From Thermodesulfovibrionales bacterium (GTDB lineage Bacteria; Nitrospirota; Thermodesulfovibrionia; Thermodesulfovibrionales; SM23-35), in contig CAVSHJ010000034.1 in the NCBI GenBank assembly GCA_963727725.1, forward strand, positions 94,446 to 158,445: a stretch of 64,000 nucleotides of DNA. The letters are read 5' to 3'. This document shows positions 7,514 to 16,908 of the stretch, in pieces. Position numbers and translations under genes: made by a program. Position 1 is the stretch's first letter. Every line of letters starts with the position of its first letter. The notes below the pieces were generated by a model. It saw only the letters and a program-made list of their open reading frames with translations, was not told where the DNA came from and made no database searches.

Positions 7514-8728
7514 TCATGCCCGTTCTTCATTCGTCATTATATCATAGGAAAAGCATTTGTAAAAATCTTTTCCCAGAGGATCTCCGAGCAGTTCCGCCCT
7601 GTACCTGCATCCGCCCCTGCACAAATCGATATGGCCGCAGTCGCACGTCAATTCATCAAGTCTGACGGGTCTTATCCTCTTCCAGCAATTTCTCAGGCCC
7701 TGCTCAATCCTTCCGACATAGTCATCTGCGTAGAACGTACATTTTGCGACTGCGCCGTCAGCCATCACAGCCATCAGATGTAATCCGCAGGCGAAACCGG
7801 ATGCTCCTGAATGAAGGCCGCTGCCAAAACCGTACCTCAGATATTTTCCACCTTCCTCCGGAGATATGTGGAATTCAGGGTTTTCCCCCAGTCTACCTGT
7901 TATGCATGGAACGTCGACAGTCCAGTCTTTTATCCCCACGTTCTTGAACAAGATCTCCATTTTTTCAAAATCCCGCAGATTTTGCGGATGAATCATCGTG
8001 GATACAGAGACCTCGAATCCCGAATCTATGGTCCGCCGGATAGCCTCCGTTGCCGATCTGAAGGTCCCCCTCCCTCTCAACGAATCGTGCGCCTCCTCAA
8101 GCCCGTCTATGCTGACCTGGATTTCATTGACCTTGAGCATCTTGCATATCCTCTTGTCCAGTAAAAGACCGTTCGTGAAAAGGACCGTTCTGAAGAAAAA
8201 TTCGGGAAGCATCTCGTTTATCTCTTCGAATCTGCTGTGGATGAGAGGCTCTCCTCCGGTAATGAGGACTCTCAGCCCCTGAATATCTTCGAATTCCTTC
8301 AAGACGTTCCTTATCTGGTTAACAGAAAGCTCGTTGAAGTTTCCTTTTTTCAATGACTTATCAAATCCCCCCATCCCCCCTTTTCTAAAGGGGGGCAAGG
8401 GGGGATTTTTCTCTCCAATATAACAATGTCTGCATCTGAGGTTGCATCTGTTCGTGATCTGCAGTTCGAGATATCTCAGCGAAGGCGCAGGCGACTTTAT
8501 CAGAAAAGGGCGCCTCAGCGAAACCTTATCCCGGGTCAGGATCCCTTCCGACAGGCAATAATCGATGAATTCGCTTTGTTCCGCGTCACCTCCCATGTCC
8601 GACGCACAATCCTTCAGAAACTCAAAAGACTCATGGTCGAGTTCATATAGATCGTCTTTTCTTATGTTATAAACAGAGGGAGTTTCAAGCCATTTAAGGA
8701 CAGATTCTCCGGAGAGAAAATATTTCAT
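7514..8728 (-). CDS. radical SAM/SPASM-domain protein with about 90-aa N-terminal extension
   Basis: 404 aa. CNLRCRHC (CX3CX2C) radical SAM motif. C-terminal Cys-rich SPASM-like region (CDCGHIDLCRGGCRYR). The N-terminal 90 aa before the core could be a peptide-recognition domain, which is inference only. Confidence 0.8.
   Translation of the reverse strand: MKYFLSGESVLKWLETPSVYNIRKDDLYELDHESFEFLKDCASDMGGDAEQSEFIDYCLSEGILTRDKVSLRRPFLIKSPAPSLRYLELQITNRCNLRCRHCYIGEKNPPLPPFRKGGMGGFDKSLKKGNFNELSVNQIRNVLKEFEDIQGLRVLITGGEPLIHSRFEEINEMLPEFFFRTVLFTNGLLLDKRICKMLKVNEIQVSIDGLEEAHDSLRGRGTFRSATEAIRRTIDSGFEVSVSTMIHPQNLRDFEKMEILFKNVGIKDWTVDVPCITGRLGENPEFHISPEEGGKYLRYGFGSGLHSGASGFACGLHLMAVMADGAVAKCTFYADDYVGRIEQGLRNCWKRIRPVRLDELTCDCGHIDLCRGGCRYRAELLGDPLGKDFYKCFSYDIMTNEERA
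8363..8408. repeat. G/C-tract palindromic element inserted in frame within a CDS
   Basis: AAATCCCCCC..CCCCCC..GGGGGG..GGGGGGATTT is a nested palindrome. It translates on the minus strand as NPPLPPFRKGGMGGF, directly after the radical SAM cluster motif. Related elements lie at 16909-17000 and 59251-59306. Confidence 0.7.
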
Positions 8729-8849
8729 CTTTTTATTCTACAGGATGAGAGATTGCCGTTTCTATCAGGCCATTATATTCAGGTTCTGTGATATACTACT
8801 GAAGTAAACCTTTTCATCACAACCTTCTGTCTTTGGGGAAAGAGAATTT

Positions 8850-10379
8850 ATGGAAAATTCAAAAGCGAAGGTTCTCTGCGTTGATGACGATCCCGATCTG
8901 CTCCTTATTAATTCGAGTATCTTGAAATTAGCCGGGCATGAGGTACTTGAAGCCACCGACGGCCATGCATGCATCGACATGATCAGGAAAGAACGGCCGG
9001 ATCTTGTCTTGCTTGATGTCATACTTCCGGACATGAGCGGTCTGGAAGTCTGCAGGCAGATCAAGACGACTCCCGGGATGACAGATACTTATGTGGTTCT
9101 GATCTCCGGTATGGAGACCTCGTCAAAAAGCCAGATCAAAGGACTGGAAGCAGGGGCAGACGGATATATCGTTCGCCCTGTCTCGTCACAGGAGCTACTT
9201 GCACGCGTTCAGGCCTTGATAAGGATCAAGAAAATGGAATCGGTTCTCCGGAAAAGCATGGAGCGGTATCAAATGCTGGTTGAAACAATGAATGACGGCC
9301 TTGGAATCCTGGACGAAAACGGGATAATCACCTTTGCCAACGATAAGGTCTGCGAGATGACGGGATTTTCAAGAGACGAGATCATCGGTCATTCCGTGAC
9401 CGACTTTATCAATGAAAATGACAGGACTACTTATGGGGGACACTTTAAGGAATATAAGAATGGTATTTCTGAACCCTTTGAACTCACATGTTTGAAGAGA
9501 AATGGTGAGAAGATATCTCTTATAGTGTCACCAAGGCCGATTCTTGATGATAACGGTAATTTCAGGGGGGCTTTTGCCGTTATGACGGACATCACCGGAC
9601 GCAAGAAATATGAAGAAGCCATCAGGAAACTGAATGAAGAACTGGAACGCCGGGTTGAAGAACGCACCGGTCAGATCAAGGCCGTGGTTGAAGAACTGGA
9701 AGAGGAGATTATAGAGCGGAAGAAAGTCGAGGAATCACTGAAAGAGAACGAAGAGAAATTCCGTGCGATAACCATGACTGCCACGGACGCGATTATACTT
9801 ATGAACGATGAAGGGAAAATTTCGTACTGGAACCCTGCCGCGGAAAAAATATTCGGCTATACGAAACAGGAGGCTGTCGGTAAAGGACTCCATACCCTCC
9901 TTTCACCTGCGGAGTACTATGATGCTTACCAGGAAGGTTTGCGTATCTTCAGAGAGACGGGACGCGGACCTGTTATCGGGAAAACCCTGGAGTTTCTGGC
10001 CATCAAGAAAGATGGGACAAAATTTCCGATAGAGATGTCCACTTCTGTCATAAACGTTAAGGGAAGGCGGGAGGCTGTCGGAATAATACGCGATGTCACA
10101 GAGCGCAAGCTGGACGAAGAAACTCTCCTGCGGTATGCGGAAAGGCTCCATACCCTTTCCAATCGCCTGATAGAAGTTCAGGAGTCGGAACGCCATCATT
10201 TCTCACATGAACTGCATAACGAGATCGGCCGGTCACTGACCGGACTGAGACTCTCCATAGAGGATATTGCTTCCCTGCCTCCGCTGGATGTTAAGGCAAG
10301 ACTCGGGGAAATACTGACCCGGGTCAAAGAGATCCTGGACAAGATGCAAAATGCACCGCTCAATATCAACTCTCAGTGA
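8850..10379 (+). CDS. response-regulator receiver + 2 PAS + HisKA_3 dimerisation domain protein; kinase ATPase domain absent
   Basis: 509 aa. REC domain (KVLCVDDDPD...DLVLLDVILPDMSG), coiled coil, two PAS regions, then a His-box (ESERHHFSHELHNEIG). The ORF stops about 55 aa after the His-box with no HATPase_c motifs. Confidence 0.75.
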   Translation: MENSKAKVLCVDDDPDLLLINSSILKLAGHEVLEATDGHACIDMIRKERPDLVLLDVILPDMSGLEVCRQIKTTPGMTDTYVVLISGMETSSKSQIKGLEAGADGYIVRPVSSQELLARVQALIRIKKMESVLRKSMERYQMLVETMNDGLGILDENGIITFANDKVCEMTGFSRDEIIGHSVTDFINENDRTTYGGHFKEYKNGISEPFELTCLKRNGEKISLIVSPRPILDDNGNFRGAFAVMTDITGRKKYEEAIRKLNEELERRVEERTGQIKAVVEELEEEIIERKKVEESLKENEEKFRAITMTATDAIILMNDEGKISYWNPAAEKIFGYTKQEAVGKGLHTLLSPAEYYDAYQEGLRIFRETGRGPVIGKTLEFLAIKKDGTKFPIEMSTSVINVKGRREAVGIIRDVTERKLDEETLLRYAERLHTLSNRLIEVQESERHHFSHELHNEIGRSLTGLRLSIEDIASLPPLDVKARLGEILTRVKEILDKMQNAPLNINSQ

Positions 10380-10388
10380 GAGAAAAAA

Positions 10389-10437
10389 GGGATTCCGGAC
10401 ATCTCCGCCTGAGGCGGACTGAGGCGGACGGAATGAC
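10389..10437. repeat. GGAATGAC-type nested hairpin repeat
   Basis: GGGATTCCG ... CCGCCTGAGGCGG ... CGGAATGAC. The inner CCGCCTCAGGCGG palindrome also occurs in the 46892 copy. Confidence 0.6.
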
Positions 10438-10485
10438 AACCTATTCAAGCATTTTATGAGCAGAGATTTATGGTGCTCTATATAG

Positions 10486-10827
10486 TTGCAAATGAGAGTT
10501 GACCTGCGAGGTGAGTTGTGCTCGAGGTTCTGTCCCTACTACAAGCCCGGTAAGAAAGAGGACCTCGCCTGCAAGGGTTTTCTTGTGATTGAAGGGCTGA
10601 TAAACAGAGGCCGGCAAATTCCGTTCTCTGTCACGGAAAAGAGGCCCGATCCCGCAATCCAGGAATCACTTTTACATAACCTCTGTGCCGTATGTCCTTT
10701 CTCGGAGGACGGTTGTGATTTTGTGCAACAGAAGGAAAGCTTCTCGCCATGCGGCGGGTTCATCTTGCTGGCTTATCTGCTGGGAGCGAACATCGTCACC
10801 ATTGACAACATAAGAGATGTAAGATAA
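10486..10827 (+). CDS. hypothetical Cys-rich protein
   Basis: 113 aa from a TTG start (an ATG lies at 10492). It has several Cys pairs (CSRFC, CAVCP, C..C). No clear RBS and no recognised family. Confidence 0.35.
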   Translation: MQMRVDLRGELCSRFCPYYKPGKKEDLACKGFLVIEGLINRGRQIPFSVTEKRPDPAIQESLLHNLCAVCPFSEDGCDFVQQKESFSPCGGFILLAYLLGANIVTIDNIRDVR

Positions 10828-10860
10828 ACTTTTTTCAAAAAAAGAGGGCAGGAGAAGAAC

Positions 10861-11328
10861 ATGGCAAAGTTTTCGGTGAGAGAAGTTGTGGAACAGGCTG
10901 TTCAGACGGAAAAGATCGGCAATGAGTTCTATTCTTCTATGGCAGGCAAATTCCGTGAGAACCATGAACTGAAGGAGCTCTTCGAAGTACTCGCTTCCCA
11001 GGAATTAAAACACGAAAAAATCTTCACTGAGTTAGAAAAGCAGATCAGGGACGGAGAGCCCGAGGGATGGGATGAGGTCTCACTCTATTTGAGGGCCCTT
11101 GTCGATTCGGAGTTTTTTCTCGGCAGGGACAAATCCCTTTCGGCAATTGGGAGCGTAAAAACAGCGGCAGAGGCGATCAAATTTGCACTCGGCTTTGAAA
11201 GAGAAACATTGCTCTACTATCATGGTCTCAGGGAAACGATAAAAGAAGAAGACGTTATTGATGAAATAATAAAAGAAGAGAAAAGGCATATCGTATGGCT
11301 GAACAATCTGAGAAAAAGTTTTGTGTAG
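10861..11328 (+). CDS. rubrerythrin/ferritin-like diiron domain protein
   Basis: 155 aa. E...ExxH motifs: TEKIGNEFY / SQELKHEK and FERETLLYY / KEEKRHIV. Confidence 0.65.
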   Translation: MAKFSVREVVEQAVQTEKIGNEFYSSMAGKFRENHELKELFEVLASQELKHEKIFTELEKQIRDGEPEGWDEVSLYLRALVDSEFFLGRDKSLSAIGSVKTAAEAIKFALGFERETLLYYHGLRETIKEEDVIDEIIKEEKRHIVWLNNLRKSFV

Positions 11329-11331
11329 GTC

Positions 11332-13067
11332 TTGGACTATTCCCTGAAAATAGGCGGTGAGGCGGGACAGGGCATTCAGACCATCGGAGATACTCTTGCG
11401 AGGGTATTTTCGCGGTCAGGGTACCATGTCTTCACCCATCAGGACTACGAGTCCCGCATAAGGGGCGGCCACAATTTCTTCCAGATACGGTTTTCGGATA
11501 AACCTGTCACGGCGTCCAGAGACAGAATCGATATCATTGTCGCGCTGGATAAGGAGAGCATATCACTTCATGAAAAAGAACTCGCACAGAACGGTGTCAT
11601 TATCTATGATTCAGGTATGATCGGTCATCCCCTTACACCTTCTTCAGAAAAGGAAGGCGGGAGTAGATTCCTGGATATCCCTTTTGTCAGTCTAGCGACG
11701 GAACACGGCGGCAGCAAGATAATGGCCAACACGGTTGCAACCGGAGCTGTTTTGGGGGTGCTGAAACTCGGTCCGGATATCCTCATCAGCATTATAGAAA
11801 GCGCCTTCAAGAAGAAGGGCGAAGATATTATCAATGCAAATATAAAGGCGGCGCAGTCCGGATATGATTTTGCGGTGAAAAGCTGTCTGCAATGTTCCTT
11901 CTCGGCTGCTTCCCCGTCCGAACCAAAGATGTTGATAGCGGGAATCGATGCTATCGCTCTTGGAGCTATTGCATCCGGGTGTAAATTTTATTCAGCATAC
12001 CCCATGACGCCTTCCACAGGGATTATGAATTATCTGGCGGGGAAAGAGCAGGAATACGGAATTATCGTGGAACAGGCGGAAGACGAGATTGCTGCGATAA
12101 ATATGGCGTTGGGCGCGTCCTTTGCGGGTGTCCGGGCAATGACGGGCACGGCAGGAGGGGGCTTTGCATTAATGGTCGAAGGACTGTCCCTGGCGGGGAT
12201 GACGGAGACACCTGTAGTTATTGCAGTCGGACAGAGACCGGGACCCGCAACCGGTCTGCCTACGAGGACGGAACAGGCTGATCTGCTGTTCGTCCTGCAT
12301 GCCGCGCACGGGGAATTTCCGAGGGTCATATTTGCGCCGGGCACTCCGGAACAGGCGTTCTATCTGACGAATAAGGCATTCGATATCGCGGAGAAATACC
12401 AGGTCCCTGCCTTTATAATCTTCGACCAGTACCTGGCTGATTCGGAGTGGACGTTTAAGGGATTTGATCTGGAAAAGACCACCTATAGAGATTACAGAAT
12501 GAGAGGGGACAAACTGAAAGAACTGAGCGGTTACAAGAGGCATGCCCTTACAGAGACAGGCGTGTCTCCTTTAGGGGTTCCGGGAGATTCAAAACACCTG
12601 ATCGTAACCGACAGCGATGAACATGATGAGGAGGGGCATATCATAGAAGATGCTGAAACGAGGGTCAGGATGGTCGAAAAGAGACTGCTGAGGAAACTGC
12701 CGCTGATAAGAGCAGGAAATAGACGCTCCGTCTTTATATGGAAGCGGTCAGCCTGAAATAGTGATCGCAGGGTGGGGTTCCACATTCGGTGTGATGAAAG
12801 AGGTGACGGATATACTTTCAAAAGATAAGAATATCGCCATGCTTCATTTCAGCGAGATTTACCCGTTTCCCTGCCGGGAAGTCAGATTATCTGAAGATCC
12901 TTGAGAATGCAAAGCTCTCTGTCTGCATTGAGAATAACGCGACAGGGCAGTTCGCGCGCCTCATGAGGACTGAGACGGGATATGAATTCAAGGCCAGGAT
13001 CAATAAGTATGACGGCAGACCTTTTACGGTGGAAGGTCTTTTGGACCGTTTAAGTCATATTCTATGA
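11332..13067 (+). pseudogene. korA: 2-oxoacid:ferredoxin oxidoreductase alpha subunit (fused gamma-alpha), about 2 frameshifts near the 3' end
   Basis: Gamma-like N-terminus (IGGEAGQGIQTIG) and alpha core (YPMTPSTGIMNYL). The C-terminus continues in other frames (EIVIAGWGSTFG... then LENAKLSVCIENNATGQFARL...), with shifts near 12715 and 12870. Stop at 13065-13067. Confidence 0.8.
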
Positions 13068-13217
13068 TTATTGACAGACACAGTATTTTCGCTCATTCTC
13101 GTCCCGATGCCGAAGGCGGACGGGACTCCGAGGGCAATTCTTTCTTCCAAAGAATTGAAATCCGCTCAAATGCTATATCTGTCAATAACTTTATTGATGA
13201 TCCGCGATGGGGGGAAA

Positions 13218-14069
13218 ATGTCTACGCTTGAAGATTATAAGGGACAGACCCCGGCATGGTGTCCTGGATGCGGAAATTTCGGCATCCTGAAGGCATTCAA
13301 GGAGGCGATGGTCGGACTCGGGATGGAGCCGCATCAATTCACGATTGTTTCCGGAATAGGGCAGGCCGGAAAATTTCCCCACTACCTGAGATGCAATACC
13401 TTTAACGGCCTGCACGGCAGGACTCTTCCGGTTGCAACAGGGATCAGACTCGCCAATCATGAGATGCCCGTAATAGCTGTTGCCGGGGATGGAGACTGTT
13501 ACGGTGAGGGTGGTAACCACTTCCTGCATGCGATAAGGAGAAATATCAATGTGAAGCTCTTTGTGCATGACAACCAGATATACGGACTCACAAAGGGACA
13601 ACCTTCTCCGACAAGTATGGAAGGGATCGTGGCAAAGACGCAGCCTTTCGGAGTTTTTTCGGAACAACTGAATCCCATAGCGCTTGCAGTTACTCTTGAT
13701 TGCAGTTTTGTGGCAAGAGGTTTCGCCGGCGACACAGAACATCTCATGATGCTGATGAAAGAAGCAATCCTTCACAAAGGATTCGCGCTGCTGGATATCC
13801 TTCAGCCATGTGTGACATTCAACAAGGTCAATACCTACGAGTGGTACAAGAAGAGAGTCTATCATATCGAGTCTGAATATAACCCCGGGGACAGGATGGA
13901 AGCTTTTAAAAAGGCACTTGAATGGGGAGACCGGATCCCTGCCGGGATAATCTATAAGAACAGCCGTCCGGTTTTGGAGGAGAGAATCCCTGTCATAAAA
14001 GACATCCCTCTTGTAAAACAGCCGATTGACCTGTCAAAACTGGAGACCACCTTCAAAGAATTCTATTAA
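13218..14069 (+). CDS. korB: 2-oxoacid:ferredoxin oxidoreductase beta subunit (TPP-binding)
   Basis: The MSTLEDYKGQTPAWCPGCGNFGIL start and the GDGDCYGEGGNH TPP motif are present. I chose the internal ATG at 13218, with a GGGGGG RBS, over the ORF-track start at 13071. Confidence 0.85.
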   Translation: MSTLEDYKGQTPAWCPGCGNFGILKAFKEAMVGLGMEPHQFTIVSGIGQAGKFPHYLRCNTFNGLHGRTLPVATGIRLANHEMPVIAVAGDGDCYGEGGNHFLHAIRRNINVKLFVHDNQIYGLTKGQPSPTSMEGIVAKTQPFGVFSEQLNPIALAVTLDCSFVARGFAGDTEHLMMLMKEAILHKGFALLDILQPCVTFNKVNTYEWYKKRVYHIESEYNPGDRMEAFKKALEWGDRIPAGIIYKNSRPVLEERIPVIKDIPLVKQPIDLSKLETTFKEFY

Positions 14070-14218
14070 TCCGAAGCAGCCGGTTTTCCTGGAGCGAAAT
14101 TATGGATATTTGTTTCAAAAGGAGATCGTAGCATGAGCACATCGAGAGAGCAAATGCAGCAAATCTTCGGTTGAGAGGTAGAGTCTTGTCTCTTTTGAAT
14201 GACAATATTTACTAATAA

Positions 14219-14375
14219 GGTCATAAGTAAAGACACATAAAATTTTATTCGTCATGCCCGAAGTCCTTAGTCGGGCATCCATGGTTTCACATGAAAACGG
14301 GAATTTGATTCCTCAAATGGATTCCCGCTTTCGCGGGAATGACGAGTGATGTGATCTTACTTATGAACTCCTTAG
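14219..14375. mobile_element. MITE-like element with terminal inverted repeats and internal GGAATGAC-type hairpins
   Basis: Termini AAGGTCATAAGTAAAGA (left) and TCTTACTTATGAACTCCTT (right) are imperfect inverted repeats. Internal hairpins: GTCATGCCCGA..TCGGGCATCC and GGATTCCCGC..GCGGGAATGAC. No coding capacity. Confidence 0.5.
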
Positions 14376-14535
14376 TATCTATTGATTAGTGATCAAAGTG
14401 GAAGTGTATGTGGCATTTGCCGTCTTTGATGGATGATTTAACCTTGTCAACCTGACTCATTATCAGAAATCCGGATAAGCTCAGAAGCTTCAATGACATG
14501 ATCAGTGCGGTCAAGTCCCAAAAAATTAAGACAAG

Positions 14536-16218
14536 CTACCCGGATGACGCGGCGTCCTCCTCCATCTCCACCGCCCTGTCCTCAGGTGAATTCTCCTTTT
14601 CGAAGAGATCTGTGAAGACGAACCTCTCGGCGTCGAACAATCCCTTATCGCTGAGTTTCAGCTTCGGTATGACAAGCAGCGCCATAAAGGAAAGGGTCAT
14701 AAAAGGCGACCGGAGTCCCGATCCGAAAGATTTCGCCATCCCGTTTATAGCCACATATTTCTCTGCGACCTCGACATAGTCGGCGTCGCTCATGAGCCCC
14801 GCCACAGGCAGCGGGAGGACCATTTCCTCCTCCCCGGATACGGCGCTGATCCCTCCCTTATGCTCTATGACAATGTTAACAGCCCGGCAGATGTCCTCAT
14901 CAGAGACCCCGACCGCTATGATGTTATGAGAATCATGGGCTATGCTTTCCGCGATAGCGCCTTCTTTCAGGCCGAAGTTCCTGACAAAACCCATCGCCGG
15001 CGGCACATCCTCGTAGCGGTTTACCACGGCCATCTTGAGCACGTCTCTTTCCGGGTCAGATACCGCAAGACCGCCGATAATCCTCGGTACCTCCTGCACT
15101 CTGTTCGTCACAAGCTGGCCGTCCGTCACTTCGATGATGTTTATCTTCTCCCCGGCCTTCGGGACCCGGAAGTCCGGGACTTTCTTTTTTTGTGCCTTAA
15201 AATTGTTGACAATGCCGGCAGGGACTCTCGGGATAAAGGACCTCATGTTTTCAGCGACGAGATTTCCGTTTATATAGGTCTGAAGTATATTGAGGCCTAT
15301 GAAATTGTCAATGACGGCAAAATCGGCAGGGTCTCCCTTCCGGAGCAGACCTACGTCGAGCCCGTAATGTATAACCGGGTTCACGCATGCGCACCTGAGC
15401 ACCTTCATTCTGTCTATGCCCATGGCCAGGGCCCTCCTGACCGTCTCGTTGATATGGCCCCGGATAAGGTCGTCAGGGTGCTTGTCGTCGCTGCACAGCA
15501 TACAGTCATCGGGGTAATCCCTTATGAGTCCGGCGAGAGCCTCAAAGTTTCTCGCAGCCGAACCTTCCCTGATCAGTATCTTCATGCCGAGCCGGATCTT
15601 CTCCAGCGCCTCTTCCCTGTCACAGGTTTCATGGTCGGTCGATATGCCCGCCGCTGCGTACTTCCGAAGTGACTCCCCTCTGACTCCGGGGGCGTGACCG
15701 TCGATCTTTTTCCCGAATTGCCTGGCCAGCCCGATCTTCTCCATCACGCCGGGATCTCCGCAAATGACGCCCGGATAATTCATGACCTCGCTCAGGTATC
15801 GTATTTCCTCCCTCCTCAGCAGTTCTCCGACTTCGGCAGGACCGAGCGCGGCCCCCGATGTCTCGAACCCCGTGGCGGGCACACAGGACGGGGCTCCGAA
15901 ATAGAATTTGAAAGGGACCGATTTGCCGCTTGCAATCATATATTCCACTCCCTGAATGCCGAGCACATTCGCTATCTCGTGCGGGTCACAGACAGAGGCC
16001 ACTGTTCCATGCGTAACTGCTGCCCGGGCAAACTCGGCAGGCACGAGCATGGAACTCTCAATATGGACATGGGAGTCCACAAAGCCGGGTATTATATAAT
16101 TGTCGTAATGCCTGTCTTCGCGGATTATGTCGCATATCCTTCCGTCGGCAATCATAAGCATGCCGGGAAAGATCTCTGAATTCAAAACATCTACGATATT
16201 GCCGGAGACTGTCTTCAT
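14536..16218 (-). CDS. ade: adenine deaminase
   Basis: The amidohydrolase HxH motif sits in an adenine-deaminase context (IIPGFVDSHVHIESSML, CDPHEIANV). About 560 aa from MKTVSGNIVDV, with an RBS. The ORF-track start at 16254 is probably too early. Confidence 0.85.
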   Translation of the reverse strand: MKTVSGNIVDVLNSEIFPGMLMIADGRICDIIREDRHYDNYIIPGFVDSHVHIESSMLVPAEFARAAVTHGTVASVCDPHEIANVLGIQGVEYMIASGKSVPFKFYFGAPSCVPATGFETSGAALGPAEVGELLRREEIRYLSEVMNYPGVICGDPGVMEKIGLARQFGKKIDGHAPGVRGESLRKYAAAGISTDHETCDREEALEKIRLGMKILIREGSAARNFEALAGLIRDYPDDCMLCSDDKHPDDLIRGHINETVRRALAMGIDRMKVLRCACVNPVIHYGLDVGLLRKGDPADFAVIDNFIGLNILQTYINGNLVAENMRSFIPRVPAGIVNNFKAQKKKVPDFRVPKAGEKINIIEVTDGQLVTNRVQEVPRIIGGLAVSDPERDVLKMAVVNRYEDVPPAMGFVRNFGLKEGAIAESIAHDSHNIIAVGVSDEDICRAVNIVIEHKGGISAVSGEEEMVLPLPVAGLMSDADYVEVAEKYVAINGMAKSFGSGLRSPFMTLSFMALLVIPKLKLSDKGLFDAERFVFTDLFEKENSPEDRAVEMEEDAASSG

Positions 16219-16368
16219 AATTTTCCTCCCTGGAGAATATACCGACGGCACCATTTTCTTATCGTAATATACATGAGGGTAGTACAGGATACAAGGAGAA
16301 ATACCCGCAAATTCCGGCAGGGCAAACGCTTAGATCGGCCCTGCCCGCACTGTCGATGTCACTTGTCT

Positions 16369-16884
16369 TCAGCGGTAATATCCGCTGCCTACGACCCACC
16401 CGAAGGGTTTGAACGGAAGGACATATGACCTCTTGGCCTGAGGCGTGGTTTGACCCTTTTTCGGAAACAGATACTCGACATAGCCGCCGCCGGTTTTCGC
16501 CTTTTCAAGAAATGCCTTGACGTAGAAGGTTCCCCTGGGGTCCTTATATTCGATGCGGTTCTTTCCTTCTACATCCTTCCGGCCATACAGAACGACATTG
16601 ACGCCTTCCGTAGTATCTGCCCAGAAATACCCGTCGGTTCCATAGCGAAGTCCCCGCAGAAGTTCGGCGCCGAGCTTTTTCGCCTGACCGAGGGTCATTT
16701 CCCCCCGGGTATGCCTTGCGTAGATTGCCTGCAACATGCTGACAGCTGTTTCGACTTCGCTCTTGATCAGCAAATCCTGAGACGACGTTTCTTCCTTCCC
16801 CGTCTGTCCGCCGGCGGACAAACAAAAAACACCGATAGCAGAGAAAACAACAAGCACACTTATCAGCACCCTCTTCATACGCAA
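16369..16884 (-). CDS. secreted single Cache-like (sCache_2-type) domain protein
   Basis: 171 aa with a signal peptide. Motifs DGYFWADT, GKNR, YVEYLFPK and KRSYV..F.PFGWVVGSGYY are characteristic of Cache_2 ligand-binding domains. There is no output domain. Confidence 0.6.
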   Translation of the reverse strand: MRMKRVLISVLVVFSAIGVFCLSAGGQTGKEETSSQDLLIKSEVETAVSMLQAIYARHTRGEMTLGQAKKLGAELLRGLRYGTDGYFWADTTEGVNVVLYGRKDVEGKNRIEYKDPRGTFYVKAFLEKAKTGGGYVEYLFPKKGQTTPQAKRSYVLPFKPFGWVVGSGYYR

Positions 16885-16908
16885 TTATCCTCCTTTACAA
16901 CTATACAG

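Noticed and set aside
13068-13217. 150-nt spacer with hairpin GTCCCGATGCCGAAGGCGGACGGGAC between korA and korB, and the ORF-track korB start at 13071
   Set aside because: The extended N-terminus (MTDTVFSLILVPMPKADG...) has no homology signal, while the ATG at 13218 has an RBS and a canonical KorB start. The spacer is probably another small repeat insertion and is not notable on its own.
14386-14460. Minus-strand micro-ORF MSQVDKVKSSIKDGKCHIHFHFDH downstream of ade
   Set aside because: The His-rich tail is eye-catching, but there is no clear Shine-Dalgarno, it is only 24 aa, and I can check no conservation evidence. It is too weak to call.
16219-16368. Possible purine riboswitch upstream of adenine deaminase
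   Set aside because: The leader lacks the conserved purine-riboswitch cores (UAUA..GGAUAUGG / UUUCUACC). There is only a GGCAGGGC..GCCCTGCC hairpin, probably the terminator of the upstream Cache gene.
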